A stretch of DNA of 64,000 nt, taken from contig UQKV01000005.1 of assembly GCA_900541665.1 (NCBI GenBank), forward strand, positions 962 to 64,961, written 5' to 3'. This document shows, in pieces, positions 1 through 9,848 of this stretch. A program made the translations under genes and the position numbers. The first letter of the stretch is position 1; every line of letters starts with the position of its first letter. The notes under the pieces are model-generated. The model ran no database searches and was not told where the DNA came from. It saw only the letters and a program-made list of their open reading frames with translations. This DNA comes from an uncultured Collinsella sp. Its GTDB lineage: Bacteria; Actinomycetota; Coriobacteriia; Coriobacteriales; Coriobacteriaceae.

Positions 1-379
1 ATTGAGGCCACGCGTGAACAGGGGACGTAGCCCTGTTCACGCCAGGATCCATGTCGGCGCCGATCAACGCCCGCGATGCTTCTGCTTGCGCTCCAGCTTT
101 CGCTGCTCGAAGCGCGCCTCCGCCTCGTCCGCGTGACGCTGGCTTCTTGCTTGAGCCGATTCCCGCTTTATTGCTTCCCGCTGTGCTGCGAGCGCCTGTT
201 GTGCCTTAATGCTCACTGCCGGCCGCTTAAGGGCTTTCGCCGCCTCACGGGCGCGCCCTTCATCGCTGCCGACATGACGTGGCTGGGGCTTACCCCCCCC
301 GACACGCCCTTGCGCATATTGCTTTCTCGGTTTCGAAACTTTAAAAAATTCGAGTTTCGAAACCGAGAAGGAGCTGATG

Positions 380-870
380 ATGGCTTAGGTAGACCGCAAT
401 ACGTACATGGAGCGGCTTTGGGCGCTCGAGGGCATCCGGGACATCAAGGTGATCACGGGGGAGGCGCCGCGCCGGCAAGTCCGAGCTCATGAAAGCGTTC
501 TCCGCCTCCGTCGCTCGGAAGGGCCCATCCTCCAACAACGTCTACATCGATCTGCTGGATCTCGACAATGAGCCGCTGCTCGAGTACCGCGCGCTGCATC
601 ACGAAATCATAGAGTGGCACAAAGAGGGCGCCCGCAACCGCCTCTTCATCGACGAGGTGCAGCTGTGCGAGGGTTTCGAGAAAGCAATTAACAGCATTCA
701 CGCACGTGGCGGATGGGATATCTACCTCACGGGATCGAACGCGTTCCTCCTGAGTTCGGACCTGGCGACCCTGTTCACAGGGCGCCACAGGGAGGTGCAC
801 ATCCCCCTTCAACTTCGGCGAATACCGTTCCTACTTCGGCGCGGGCGGATCGGGGCCCACCGCCGATCTA
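380..870 (+). pseudogene. AAA_14/DUF4143-family ATP-binding protein, frameshifted and 3'-truncated
   Basis: Walker A (RRAGKSEL) and the AAA_14-like block (LFIDEVQ...YLTGSNAFLL...TGR) lie in the 489..935 frame, while the upstream N-terminus (IKVITGE) is in another frame. The downstream PFNFGEYRSYFGAGG (DUF4143-like) is in a third frame, and the gene runs into the convergent ADH gene. Confidence 0.45.
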
Positions 871-2031
871 GAGGCACTCGGTCAGAATCTGGAACACCTC
901 GCTGCGCTCCAGTTTCTTGGCGCAGCCGCCGGTGAGCACGCAGGTGTCCGCGACCTTGTGCAGCGTCTCGTCGGACGCGTCGGAGCCCATCTCATCGAAG
1001 CTTGTGGGAAGCCCCATCTCGCCGATGAACGTCTGCAGGCGGTCGATGCCCTCGAGCGCCACCGTAAGGTCGTCTTTGCCCTTGGCGTCGACGCCCCACA
1101 CCTCGCGCGCCCAGCGGGCGAACTGCGCGGGCGCCTCGGGGGCCAGGTGGCGGTAGAGCGCAGGGTGGATGACCGCGAGGCCCATTCCGTGGTTGGTGTG
1201 GGTGTACGCGCCGTACTGGTGCTGGATCATGTGCGCCTGGAAGTCCGTTGACTTGCCGATCTTGAGCACGCCGTTCTCGGCCATGGCGGAGTCGTATACG
1301 AGCTCGCTTCTGGCATCGAGGTTCTGGTCGTCGTCCGCGATGATCCGCATGTTGCGGATGGCGTTACGCTGGATGGCGAGGTTGATGTCGTCGGTGACGT
1401 TGCGTTCGCGCGGGCTACCGAAATAGCTCTCCATGCAGTGCGAGAGCGTGTCGAACGCGCCGCTCATGAACTGCGCGTGCGGTACGGTGAGCGTGAGTGC
1501 CGGGTCGAGCGCCGCCCACATGGGCATCGCCCCCAGATAGGCGCCCTTCACGTGCGTCTCCTCGTTGGTGATGACGGCGCCGTTGTTCTGCTCGGCGCCC
1601 GTGCCGGAGAGCGTCACGATGCAGCCCATGGGGATGAACGAGCCCGGCATCTTGCCGTCGACGTGCTCGAACGTCTCGATGTCCTCGTCAAGCATCGCCT
1701 GCGCGGAGACCACCTTGCAGCAGTCGAAGACCGACCCGCCGCCGACGGCGAGAATGAAGTCGACCTGCTCCTCGCGTGCGAGCGCGGCGCCTTCCTGGCA
1801 CTTCTCGTAGGTCGGGTTGGGCATGATGCCGCCGAAGTCCACCACGCGCTTGCCCGCGCTCGTGAGCTTATCGACCACGTGGCCGTAGACGCCGGTTCGT
1901 TTGACCGAACCTCCGCCGTAGGCGAGCATCACTGTCCTGCTCATGGCACCCATCTCGGCGTCGAGTGCCTGGTCCATGGCCCCCTCGCCGAAGTAATTCC
2001 TGACCGGGTAGCCGTACGTGAATGAGTTCAT
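868..2031 (-). CDS. iron-containing (group III) alcohol dehydrogenase
   Basis: The 387-aa protein has the N-terminal GGGSVxD glycine motif, and the ATG at 2031 has an AGGAGG RBS. The longer ORF to 2106 has no RBS. Confidence 0.85.
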   Translation of the reverse strand: MNSFTYGYPVRNYFGEGAMDQALDAEMGAMSRTVMLAYGGGSVKRTGVYGHVVDKLTSAGKRVVDFGGIMPNPTYEKCQEGAALAREEQVDFILAVGGGSVFDCCKVVSAQAMLDEDIETFEHVDGKMPGSFIPMGCIVTLSGTGAEQNNGAVITNEETHVKGAYLGAMPMWAALDPALTLTVPHAQFMSGAFDTLSHCMESYFGSPRERNVTDDINLAIQRNAIRNMRIIADDDQNLDARSELVYDSAMAENGVLKIGKSTDFQAHMIQHQYGAYTHTNHGMGLAVIHPALYRHLAPEAPAQFARWAREVWGVDAKGKDDLTVALEGIDRLQTFIGEMGLPTSFDEMGSDASDETLHKVADTCVLTGGCAKKLERSEVFQILTECL

Positions 2032-2075
2032 GGCAATTCCTCCTAGTAAGTTATCAGTGCGGACTGACCGCTCGT

Positions 2076-3032
<957 letters not shown>

Positions 3033-3238
3033 CTATAACCCGCGGGTTCTAGGCGTCACCTCAAAGAGATCGGCGCCGAGCTCGTCGGCGATGGCCTGAG
3101 CTACGACAGCGGTGTGGCCCTGTGCCGAGTAGTAGGCCACGAGGACGTTGCCGTCTGCAGCGGGCACTGCGGCGGGCTCGTCCTCGACAGCCGACTGGTC
3201 CTCGGCGGCGGCTTGGTTGGTCCGTTATCGTCTGAGCG

Positions 3239-4087
3239 CTACTCCTGCGCGTCGAAATCGGGGCGTATGGCCAGGTAGCCCGCGAGTGCTTCCTCAGTGG
3301 CGGTGTAGTAGGTCATGGTCCCGTCGAGCTTGGCAATCTCGGCCATCTCGTCTTCGGTGAGGGAGAAGCCAAAGATGTTCGCGTTGTCGGCGATGTGGAC
3401 GGGGTTCTTGGAGCCGGGGATGATGGAGGTGCCCATTTGCACGTGCCAGCGCAGGATCACCTGGGCTGGGGTCTTGCCGTACTTCTCGGCGAGAGCGACG
3501 AAGACGGGCTCCTCCAGAAGACCTTTGTCGCCGTGGCCGAGCGGGTACCACGCCTCGATCACCGTGCCGTACGGCGCGAGGTAGGCGCGCAGGTCGCGCT
3601 GGGCGTGGTAGGGGTGGCACTCAACGGTCACGAGCTGCGGCTTGATGTCGGCGACCTCGATGACCTCGGCGATCTTGTCTTGCGGGAAGTTGGAGAGGCC
3701 GAGGGCGCGCACCTTGCCCGCGCGGTACGCCTCCTCCATCGTGCGCCACGCGGCCAGGTAGTCGCCTACCGGCTGGTGCAGGATGAGCATATCGACGTAG
3801 TCGAGCCCCAGGCGCTGGAGCGTGGCGTCCACCGCCGGCATGCCCGCGTCGTAGACGCTCGGCCAGAGCTTGGTGGAGACGAAGATCTTGTCGCGCGCGA
3901 TGCCGCTCTTGGCGATGGCACGGCCCACGGCGCGCTCGTTCATGTAGGCGTTGGCGGTGTCGATGTGTTCGTAGCCAGCCGCGAGCGCGGCGGTTGCGGC
4001 CGCCTCGGCCTCGGCCGGGGTCATGAGGAAGGTGCCCAAACCCTCGATGGGCATCTCGACGTCGTTGTTGAGCTTCAGATATTCCAT
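3239..4087 (-). CDS. aldo/keto reductase paralog
   Basis: The AKR fold motifs (IDTAxAYxNE, IPGS) are present with an AAGGAGG RBS. It is in tandem with the first AKR gene. Confidence 0.85.
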   Translation of the reverse strand: MEYLKLNNDVEMPIEGLGTFLMTPAEAEAAATAALAAGYEHIDTANAYMNERAVGRAIAKSGIARDKIFVSTKLWPSVYDAGMPAVDATLQRLGLDYVDMLILHQPVGDYLAAWRTMEEAYRAGKVRALGLSNFPQDKIAEVIEVADIKPQLVTVECHPYHAQRDLRAYLAPYGTVIEAWYPLGHGDKGLLEEPVFVALAEKYGKTPAQVILRWHVQMGTSIIPGSKNPVHIADNANIFGFSLTEDEMAEIAKLDGTMTYYTATEEALAGYLAIRPDFDAQE

Positions 4088-4216
4088 GGTCTCCTCCTTA
4101 ATGGTGACTTTTCGAATACAAGGCTACGGCGTTTACTGACGTGCGAGAAGTTCACGTTGGAATGATGGATATAACCATGGGGTATATACGGCACATAATG
4201 CGTGACAGGAGGATCG

Positions 4217-5116
4217 ATGTACAACCCACAGCTTGACACTTTCATCCGCGTGGCGGAGGCGGGCAGCTTCTCCAAGGCGGCACAAGAGTCCTTCATCACG
4301 CCCACGGCTGTCATCAAGCAGATGAACCTGCTGGAGTCGCGGCTAGGCCTTACGTTGTTTCACCGATCGCATCAGGGGCTTTCGCTTACGCGAGCAGGCA
4401 GGTCGCTGCTCGCCGACGCCCACCATATCGTGCAGTATTCTCAAGAATCAATCGCACGCGCCCGCGTCGCCGAGCGCGGAGAGAAGCGCATCATCCGCGT
4501 GGGAGTGTCGCTCATGACGCCCAGCACGCCTCTCACGAAGCTGTGGCCGAAGGTGAAGGAACGTTGCCCTGGCATGAGCCTTCAGGTGGTCACGTTTGAA
4601 AACACACCCTCGGCGGCGCGCGGTTTGGCGAACCTCGGGCAAGACATGGATATCGTGGTGGGGATTTTCGACGATGCCTTTCTTAAAGAGCGCGGGTGCC
4701 TGGGCCTCGAGCTTTCGCGCGAGCCGCTCTGGTGTGCCGTTCCCGTCGACAACGAACTCGCCAAACGCGACATCGTCACATTCGACGACCTCCACAATCA
4801 CATTCTTATGCTTATACGCCGGGGCTGGAACGCCGAAATCGACCGCGTACGCGACGAGATACTCTTGCATCATCCTCAAATCGCGCTTGTAGACTTCCCA
4901 CAATATCGGGCGGAGGTGTTCAATCGCGGCGCGAACGAGGACCTCGCGCTTGCGACGCTGCCGTTGTGGGCCAACGTCCACCCCATGCTTAAAACCGTCC
5001 CTACCGATTGGGACTGTCTCGTGTCTTACGGACTGCTTCATTCGCTGCAGCCCGCAGACCATGTGCGGGAGTTCCTCGATGCGGTGTCTGCCGTGCTCGA
5101 GGCAGAGCATCGATAG
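4217..5116 (+). CDS. LysR-family transcriptional regulator
   Basis: It has an N-terminal HTH (FIRVAEAGSFSKAA) and a LysR substrate-binding domain, with an AGGAGG RBS before the ATG at 4217. It is divergent from the AKR gene. Confidence 0.85.
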   Translation: MYNPQLDTFIRVAEAGSFSKAAQESFITPTAVIKQMNLLESRLGLTLFHRSHQGLSLTRAGRSLLADAHHIVQYSQESIARARVAERGEKRIIRVGVSLMTPSTPLTKLWPKVKERCPGMSLQVVTFENTPSAARGLANLGQDMDIVVGIFDDAFLKERGCLGLELSREPLWCAVPVDNELAKRDIVTFDDLHNHILMLIRRGWNAEIDRVRDEILLHHPQIALVDFPQYRAEVFNRGANEDLALATLPLWANVHPMLKTVPTDWDCLVSYGLLHSLQPADHVREFLDAVSAVLEAEHR

Positions 5117-5258
5117 GCAATCGCGAACAGATGCGCTTATGCCTATGGGAATAACGGGAACTGGCTTCTGAACTCGCGTTTTGATACCGTCGAGTACCGC
5201 CTGATGCTGTTTCGGCGTCGCCATAGGGCAAAGCCACCAGCGAAATAACGGGAATAAC

Positions 5259-5295
5259 AGCCTCCGGACCCTCTGGTTCGGAGGCTTTCTTTTTC
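5259..5295 (+). terminator. rho-independent terminator after LysR gene
   Basis: An 8-bp stem (agcctccg/cggaggct) with a 12-nt loop is followed by TTCTTTTTCG. Confidence 0.6.
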
Positions 5296-5346
5296 GTTCT
5301 GCTCGGAAAGAGCCCCTTGTCAAAGCCCCTTGAGCATCGGGCGGCA

Positions 5347-5787
5347 TTATTGAGCGTGGGCGTTATCGTAGGTATCTTTGATCTCTTCCGGCAGATCGTC
5401 GGGAATCAGCGCCTTCACTCTATCCTCGCTGCCATCTTGGATCGCCTGCTCGTAGTACCAGCATTTGAACTTCAACATGTCCAGCGCGCGGTTCATCTTC
5501 GCGATCTCCGACTCCATGTGGGTCTTCCGCTCCTCGAACATGGCCTTGCGCTTGGGATATGTCGATGGGCCCTCCGCACACCATTCCATGAACAGCCGGA
5601 TGTCCTTGATCTCCATCCCAGCCTTCTTCAGGCATTCGATGACCCGAAGCGCCTCGAGTTCTGTATCGCCGAATCGGCGAATGCCGGACGTCCGCTCCAA
5701 TTCCGGGAACAATCCCTGCTTGTCGTAATAGCGCAGCGTGGAAACGGGCAGACCGAACATATCCGCCACCTGTCCGATTGTGTACAT
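5347..5787 (-). CDS. MerR-family transcriptional regulator
   Basis: The N-terminal MerR HTH (YTIGQVADMFGLPVSTLRYYDKQGL) is present with a GGAGGG RBS. It is divergent from the downstream operon. Confidence 0.85.
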   Translation of the reverse strand: MYTIGQVADMFGLPVSTLRYYDKQGLFPELERTSGIRRFGDTELEALRVIECLKKAGMEIKDIRLFMEWCAEGPSTYPKRKAMFEERKTHMESEIAKMNRALDMLKFKCWYYEQAIQDGSEDRVKALIPDDLPEEIKDTYDNAHAQ

Positions 5788-6008
5788 GGTCCCTCCGGAC
5801 AAATCTCGAATTTACTCCTTGACCTAAAGTCAGGTTTAGGTATTACCTTCATTCTCGTCAATATAAAGTGGGAGCGCAAGGGGTGTTCCGTAATCGCCAG
5901 TCACTCCGCCCTTGAGCAGGCGCGACGAATGGGCATGGGAGTCTAGGCGCGGCTTAGCTGCGCGGAAGCAGTTTTGCACTCAAAACCATCGACAGGAGGA
6001 AATCGATC

Positions 6009-6773
6009 ATGGCAATCAAACAGACAGCGGGCAGAGATGCCCTGGGGGACTTTGCTCCCAAATTCGCACAGCTCAATGACGATGTGCTGTTCGGCGAGGT
6101 GTGGAGCCGAGAAGACAGGCTTTCCCTTCGAGACCGCAGCGTGGTGACGGTGGTTGCCTTGATGGCACAGGGGCTGACGGACTCTTCGTTCCAATATCAT
6201 CTGATGTCCGCAAAGAACAACGGCGTGACCAGGGCGGAGATAGCGGAAATCCTTACGCACGCGGCGTTTTACGCAGGCTGGCCCAAGGCATGGGCGGCCT
6301 TTCGCATGGCGAAGGAGGTCTGGGCGGATAGCGATGCCGCCGACGCAAGAACCAAGCATCAAAACGAGATGGCCTTTCCCATCGGTGCCCCCAACGACGC
6401 ATTTGCGAAGTACTTTATCGGGCAAAGCTACCTCGCGCCCCTTTCCACCGAGCAGGTCGGCATTTACAACGTTACGTTCGAGCCAGGCTGCCGCAACAAC
6501 TGGCACACCCATCACGCCAAAAGCGGCGGCGGGCAGATTCTCGTCTGCGTGGCTGGCCGAGGGTTTTACCAGGAATGGGGCAAACCGGCACAGGAGCTGT
6601 GCCCCGGCGATGTAGTAAATATTCCCGCAGGCGTAAAGCACTGGCACGGTGCGGCGCCCGACAGCTGGTTCTCCCATCTCGCGGTGGAGGTTCCGGGCGA
6701 GGAGGCCTCCAACGAGTGGTTGGAGCCCGTGGACGACGAGCAATACCTTAAAGCGACTGACAAGGAGGTTTAG
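6009..6773 (+). CDS. carboxymuconolactone decarboxylase-family domain fused to cupin domain protein
   Basis: The N-terminal CMD/AhpD-like block (AAFYAGWPKAW) is fused to a C-terminal cupin (GRGFYQEWGK...PAGVKHWHGA), with a CAGGAGGA RBS. Confidence 0.8.
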   Translation: MAIKQTAGRDALGDFAPKFAQLNDDVLFGEVWSREDRLSLRDRSVVTVVALMAQGLTDSSFQYHLMSAKNNGVTRAEIAEILTHAAFYAGWPKAWAAFRMAKEVWADSDAADARTKHQNEMAFPIGAPNDAFAKYFIGQSYLAPLSTEQVGIYNVTFEPGCRNNWHTHHAKSGGGQILVCVAGRGFYQEWGKPAQELCPGDVVNIPAGVKHWHGAAPDSWFSHLAVEVPGEEASNEWLEPVDDEQYLKATDKEV

Positions 6774-6775
6774 GT

Positions 6776-7747
6776 ATGGAACAGTTGAATCTGACGCAGG
6801 AATGGGACAAAGTATTCCCCAAAAGCGACAAGGTTGAGCACAGCAAGGCGACCTTCCATAACCGATACGGCATCACGCTGGTGGCTGACGTCTACGTGCC
6901 TAAGAACGCGGAAGGCAAACTGCCCGCCATCGCCGTCAGCGGCCCGTTTGGCGCGGTGAAGGAACAGTCCTCCGGTCTGTACGCGCAGAAAATGGCGGAG
7001 CTGGGCTTTTTCGCAATTGCCTTCGACCCGTCCTATACCGGCGAGAGCGGCGGTGCGCCCCGCTATGTAGCATCGCCGGACATCAACACCGAGGATTTCT
7101 GCGCAGCGGTTGATTTCCTCTCTGTGCAGGAAAACGTCGACCCGGAGCGTATCGGCATCATCGGTATCTGCGGTTGGGGCGGCATGGCAGTCAATGCGGC
7201 GGCTATCGACACCCGTATCAAAGCTACCGCGGCTATGACCATGTACGATATGACCCGCGTGACCGCAAACGGCTATTTTGACGCCGAGGATTCCGAGCAG
7301 GCGCGCTTTGAAAAGCGGAAAGCGCTGAATGCGCAGCGCACCGAGGACTATAAAAACGGCAGCTATGCGCTGGCGGGCGGCGTGGTCGATCCGCTACCGG
7401 AGGATGCGCCGCAGTTTTTAGCGGACTATTACGCCTACTACAAAACTCCGCGAGGCCACCATTCCCGCAGCCTGAACTCCAACGGTGGCTGGAATGTGAC
7501 GTCTTCGCTGTCGTTTATGAATATGCCGATTCTGCAGTACGCCGGCGAGATCCGCTCCGCCGTGCTGCTGGTGCACGGCGAGAAGGCGCACTCCCGCTAT
7601 TTCAGCGAAACCGCGTATAGCAAGCTGACGGGGGACAACAAGGAATTGCTCATTATCCCCGGTGCCAGCCATACCGACCTCTACGATCAGATGGATATCA
7701 TTCCGTTCGAAAAGCTGAAAGCATTCTTTGAGGAGTATTTGAAATAA
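6776..7747 (+). CDS. alpha/beta hydrolase (dienelactone hydrolase/peptidase S15-like)
   Basis: It has a GxCGWGG nucleophile-elbow-like motif and an a/b hydrolase architecture. Its ATG directly follows the stop of the upstream gene, indicating an operon. Confidence 0.75.
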   Translation: MEQLNLTQEWDKVFPKSDKVEHSKATFHNRYGITLVADVYVPKNAEGKLPAIAVSGPFGAVKEQSSGLYAQKMAELGFFAIAFDPSYTGESGGAPRYVASPDINTEDFCAAVDFLSVQENVDPERIGIIGICGWGGMAVNAAAIDTRIKATAAMTMYDMTRVTANGYFDAEDSEQARFEKRKALNAQRTEDYKNGSYALAGGVVDPLPEDAPQFLADYYAYYKTPRGHHSRSLNSNGGWNVTSSLSFMNMPILQYAGEIRSAVLLVHGEKAHSRYFSETAYSKLTGDNKELLIIPGASHTDLYDQMDIIPFEKLKAFFEEYLK

Positions 7748-7895
7748 GGCGTGCCTTGATTTAATGCCAAGCCTCCAGCAACGATTCTTCTAAAGAGTGG
7801 GAGTAGCTGAAACGAGGCGATAGAATAACTCCATCTGTTTTGGTTAAAACAAGAAAATATGCCGCGCGCCTGCGGCATGAAGAAGGGAGATTCTT

Positions 7896-8426
7896 ATGAA
7901 TATCGTTGTATTGAGCGGCAGCCCGCGTAAGGGCGCCAATACCGACATCATGGTTGAGGCGTTTGCCGAGACCGCGCGCGAGGCCGGCCATACGGTCGAG
8001 GTTATCCGCGTTGCCAGTAAGAAAATCGCTGGTTGCCTGGGGTGTCAGTATTGCTTCGCCCACGAGGGCACTTGCGTGCAGAAGGATGACATGACCGACG
8101 TGATCGAGTCGCTGAAAGACGCCGACATGGTTGTCTTCGCTTCGCCTATCTACTGGTTTGATATCACTGCGCAGGAGAAGGCCGCCATCGATCGCCTGTA
8201 CGCCTTCGGTGCCACGGACTTCCCGTTCACCAAGACGGCCCTTTTGCTCGATAGCCACAGCGAGGGCGTCTATGATGCGGCGATCGCTATGTACAAGTCA
8301 ACCTGCGCGTACTGCAAGTGGGAGGACCAGGGCATTATCACCATCAGCGGTATGACCGAGCGCGACAGCATGGCCTCTTCGCCCAAGCTGGAAGAGGTGC
8401 GAGAGCTCGCTCGCAAGCTCGCCTAA
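7896..8426 (+). CDS. flavodoxin-like NAD(P)H-dependent FMN reductase
   Basis: MNIVVLSGSPRKGANT...ASPIYWFDIT matches the NADPH-dependent FMN reductase fold, with an AAGGGAGA RBS. Confidence 0.8.
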   Translation: MNIVVLSGSPRKGANTDIMVEAFAETAREAGHTVEVIRVASKKIAGCLGCQYCFAHEGTCVQKDDMTDVIESLKDADMVVFASPIYWFDITAQEKAAIDRLYAFGATDFPFTKTALLLDSHSEGVYDAAIAMYKSTCAYCKWEDQGIITISGMTERDSMASSPKLEEVRELARKLA

Positions 8427-8436
8427 AGACAAGAAG

Positions 8437-8506
8437 AACGCATGGCAATCAGCGTTGGCGGAAAGCCTACTTCCCTTACCAAGAGGATTGCTGATTGCCA
8501 TGCGTT
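8437..8506. terminator. 17-bp perfect inverted repeat hairpin between convergent genes
   Basis: aacgcatggcaatcagc ... gctgattgccatgcgtt has a 36-nt loop and lacks a clear U-tract. Confidence 0.35.
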
Positions 8507-8533
8507 GATGTCCTTGTGGACAACCTCTGCGTG

Positions 8534-9628
8534 CTAGGAGACCTTCTCGTTCAGAAACTCCCTGAATGCGGGGATATCAAAGCCAACGAGACCACGCCCG
8601 CGCTCTCCGATGACGCCGTCCTCGAGGAGGCGGCGCTTGTATTGGCTTGCATAGTTGCTGGCGACGCCCATACGCTTGGCAATTTCTGAGACCCTGCTGG
8701 GGCCAGAATCGGGCAGCATCGCGAGCAAAAACTCAATGTCTTTATCGGAAAGCTCCCGATAGGTCGTTTCGAGAATTCGATCGCGCAGCTCCATGCGGGC
8801 AAGCAGAGAACCCTGCTGTACATCAGGTGCACTGATTTTGGGCGAGTTCTCCGAAACATCCCATGTGCGATATCCGACGAGCTGCATCATATAGGGAAAT
8901 CCGTCGACGGCCTTCACGGCATCCTCGAGCGCTTCTGGCGTGATTGAGCGGCCTCCGGCCTCAACGGTTTTGCGGAATGCGTTTGCAATTTCAACGTCAG
9001 TGATTCGTCCCAACTGATGATATTGGGAACGCCTGAGGAACGAGACGGAATCGTTACGCAGCAACGCCGATACTTTGTAGGGCAGTCCTGCCATGAGTAG
9101 GGCAACTTTTTTACCTTCGCGTACAAAGTGCTGGTAAACAGAGGCAAATTGAAGCATTTCTTCGAGATCGACGGTGACTTCATCGATGGTGATGAGAAGT
9201 CCGATGTCATGTTTTTCGAGTTGCTTAAAGATGCCATTCATGCGCGTGCGCCAGTTGCCCTGAGCCTCTTGAGCATATGTCCAATCGATGCCCACTGGGC
9301 CAATTTGAACACCGTTTATGCGCGCGTGAGGCTGTGAGAGGTAGCTATCTGCGGCTTCTTTGGTTCGCTCGATAATATCTTCGAGCATGCCTGGCATTGC
9401 GGAGACATTTGCTGCGATCCAGCCGTGTTCAAGCGCCGTTTCTGAAAGGAGCGAGAGAAGCGCCGTCTTGCCCGTTCCCCTTGCGCCAGTAAAAATGGTC
9501 GACAGGTTGGGATCTCCCGGGCCGTTGATAAAGCCACGGTTGATGTCACGCAGGATATGCTCGCGACCCGCTAGAAAGGGAGGGACGCTTCCGAACGTCG
9601 GGGTAAAGGGGTTCTTGCTGTACTCCAT
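8534..9628 (-). CDS. AAA+ ATPase (archaeal-type ATPase/AAA_16-like) with C-terminal winged-helix HTH
   Basis: The sequence shows FLAGREHIL, then Walker A GARGTGKTAL, then Walker B LLITIDEV. The C-terminus reads SRVSEIAKRMGVASNYASQYKRRLLEDGVI. An AAAGGAG RBS precedes the ATG at 9628. GC is markedly lower than in neighbouring genes. Confidence 0.8.
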   Translation of the reverse strand: MEYSKNPFTPTFGSVPPFLAGREHILRDINRGFINGPGDPNLSTIFTGARGTGKTALLSLLSETALEHGWIAANVSAMPGMLEDIIERTKEAADSYLSQPHARINGVQIGPVGIDWTYAQEAQGNWRTRMNGIFKQLEKHDIGLLITIDEVTVDLEEMLQFASVYQHFVREGKKVALLMAGLPYKVSALLRNDSVSFLRRSQYHQLGRITDVEIANAFRKTVEAGGRSITPEALEDAVKAVDGFPYMMQLVGYRTWDVSENSPKISAPDVQQGSLLARMELRDRILETTYRELSDKDIEFLLAMLPDSGPSRVSEIAKRMGVASNYASQYKRRLLEDGVIGERGRGLVGFDIPAFREFLNEKVS

Positions 9629-9637
9629 GGTAGCTCC

Positions 9638-9697
9638 TTTGCAAGTTTTGCTAATTTTTGCAAGTTTTGCTAACTTTTGCAAGTTTTGCTAACGGCT
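9638..9697 (-). repeat. three tandem 19-bp units (TTAGCAAAACTTGCAAAAN) abutting the RBS; GCAAAA phased every 9-10 bp
   Basis: This is a direct sequence observation; the repeats sit immediately upstream of the ATPase start codon. Confidence 0.85.
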
Positions 9698-9848
9698 TAA
9701 CATGTCTTGTGCCGTGGGATTGCAGGAATGAAAAACGGGGATTCCTATTATTCCGACTACGTTGCAGCGAGCGGGGCCCGGAGCGCGATGTTACTGCGCT
9801 CCGGGCCCCGCTGCTTTGTAAACCCATGACGGTTTGGTCACCGTTGTT

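Noticed and set aside
9638-9697. Possible CRISPR array
   Set aside because: The repeats are contiguous, with no unique spacers, and there are only three units. They are tandem or iteron-like, not CRISPR.
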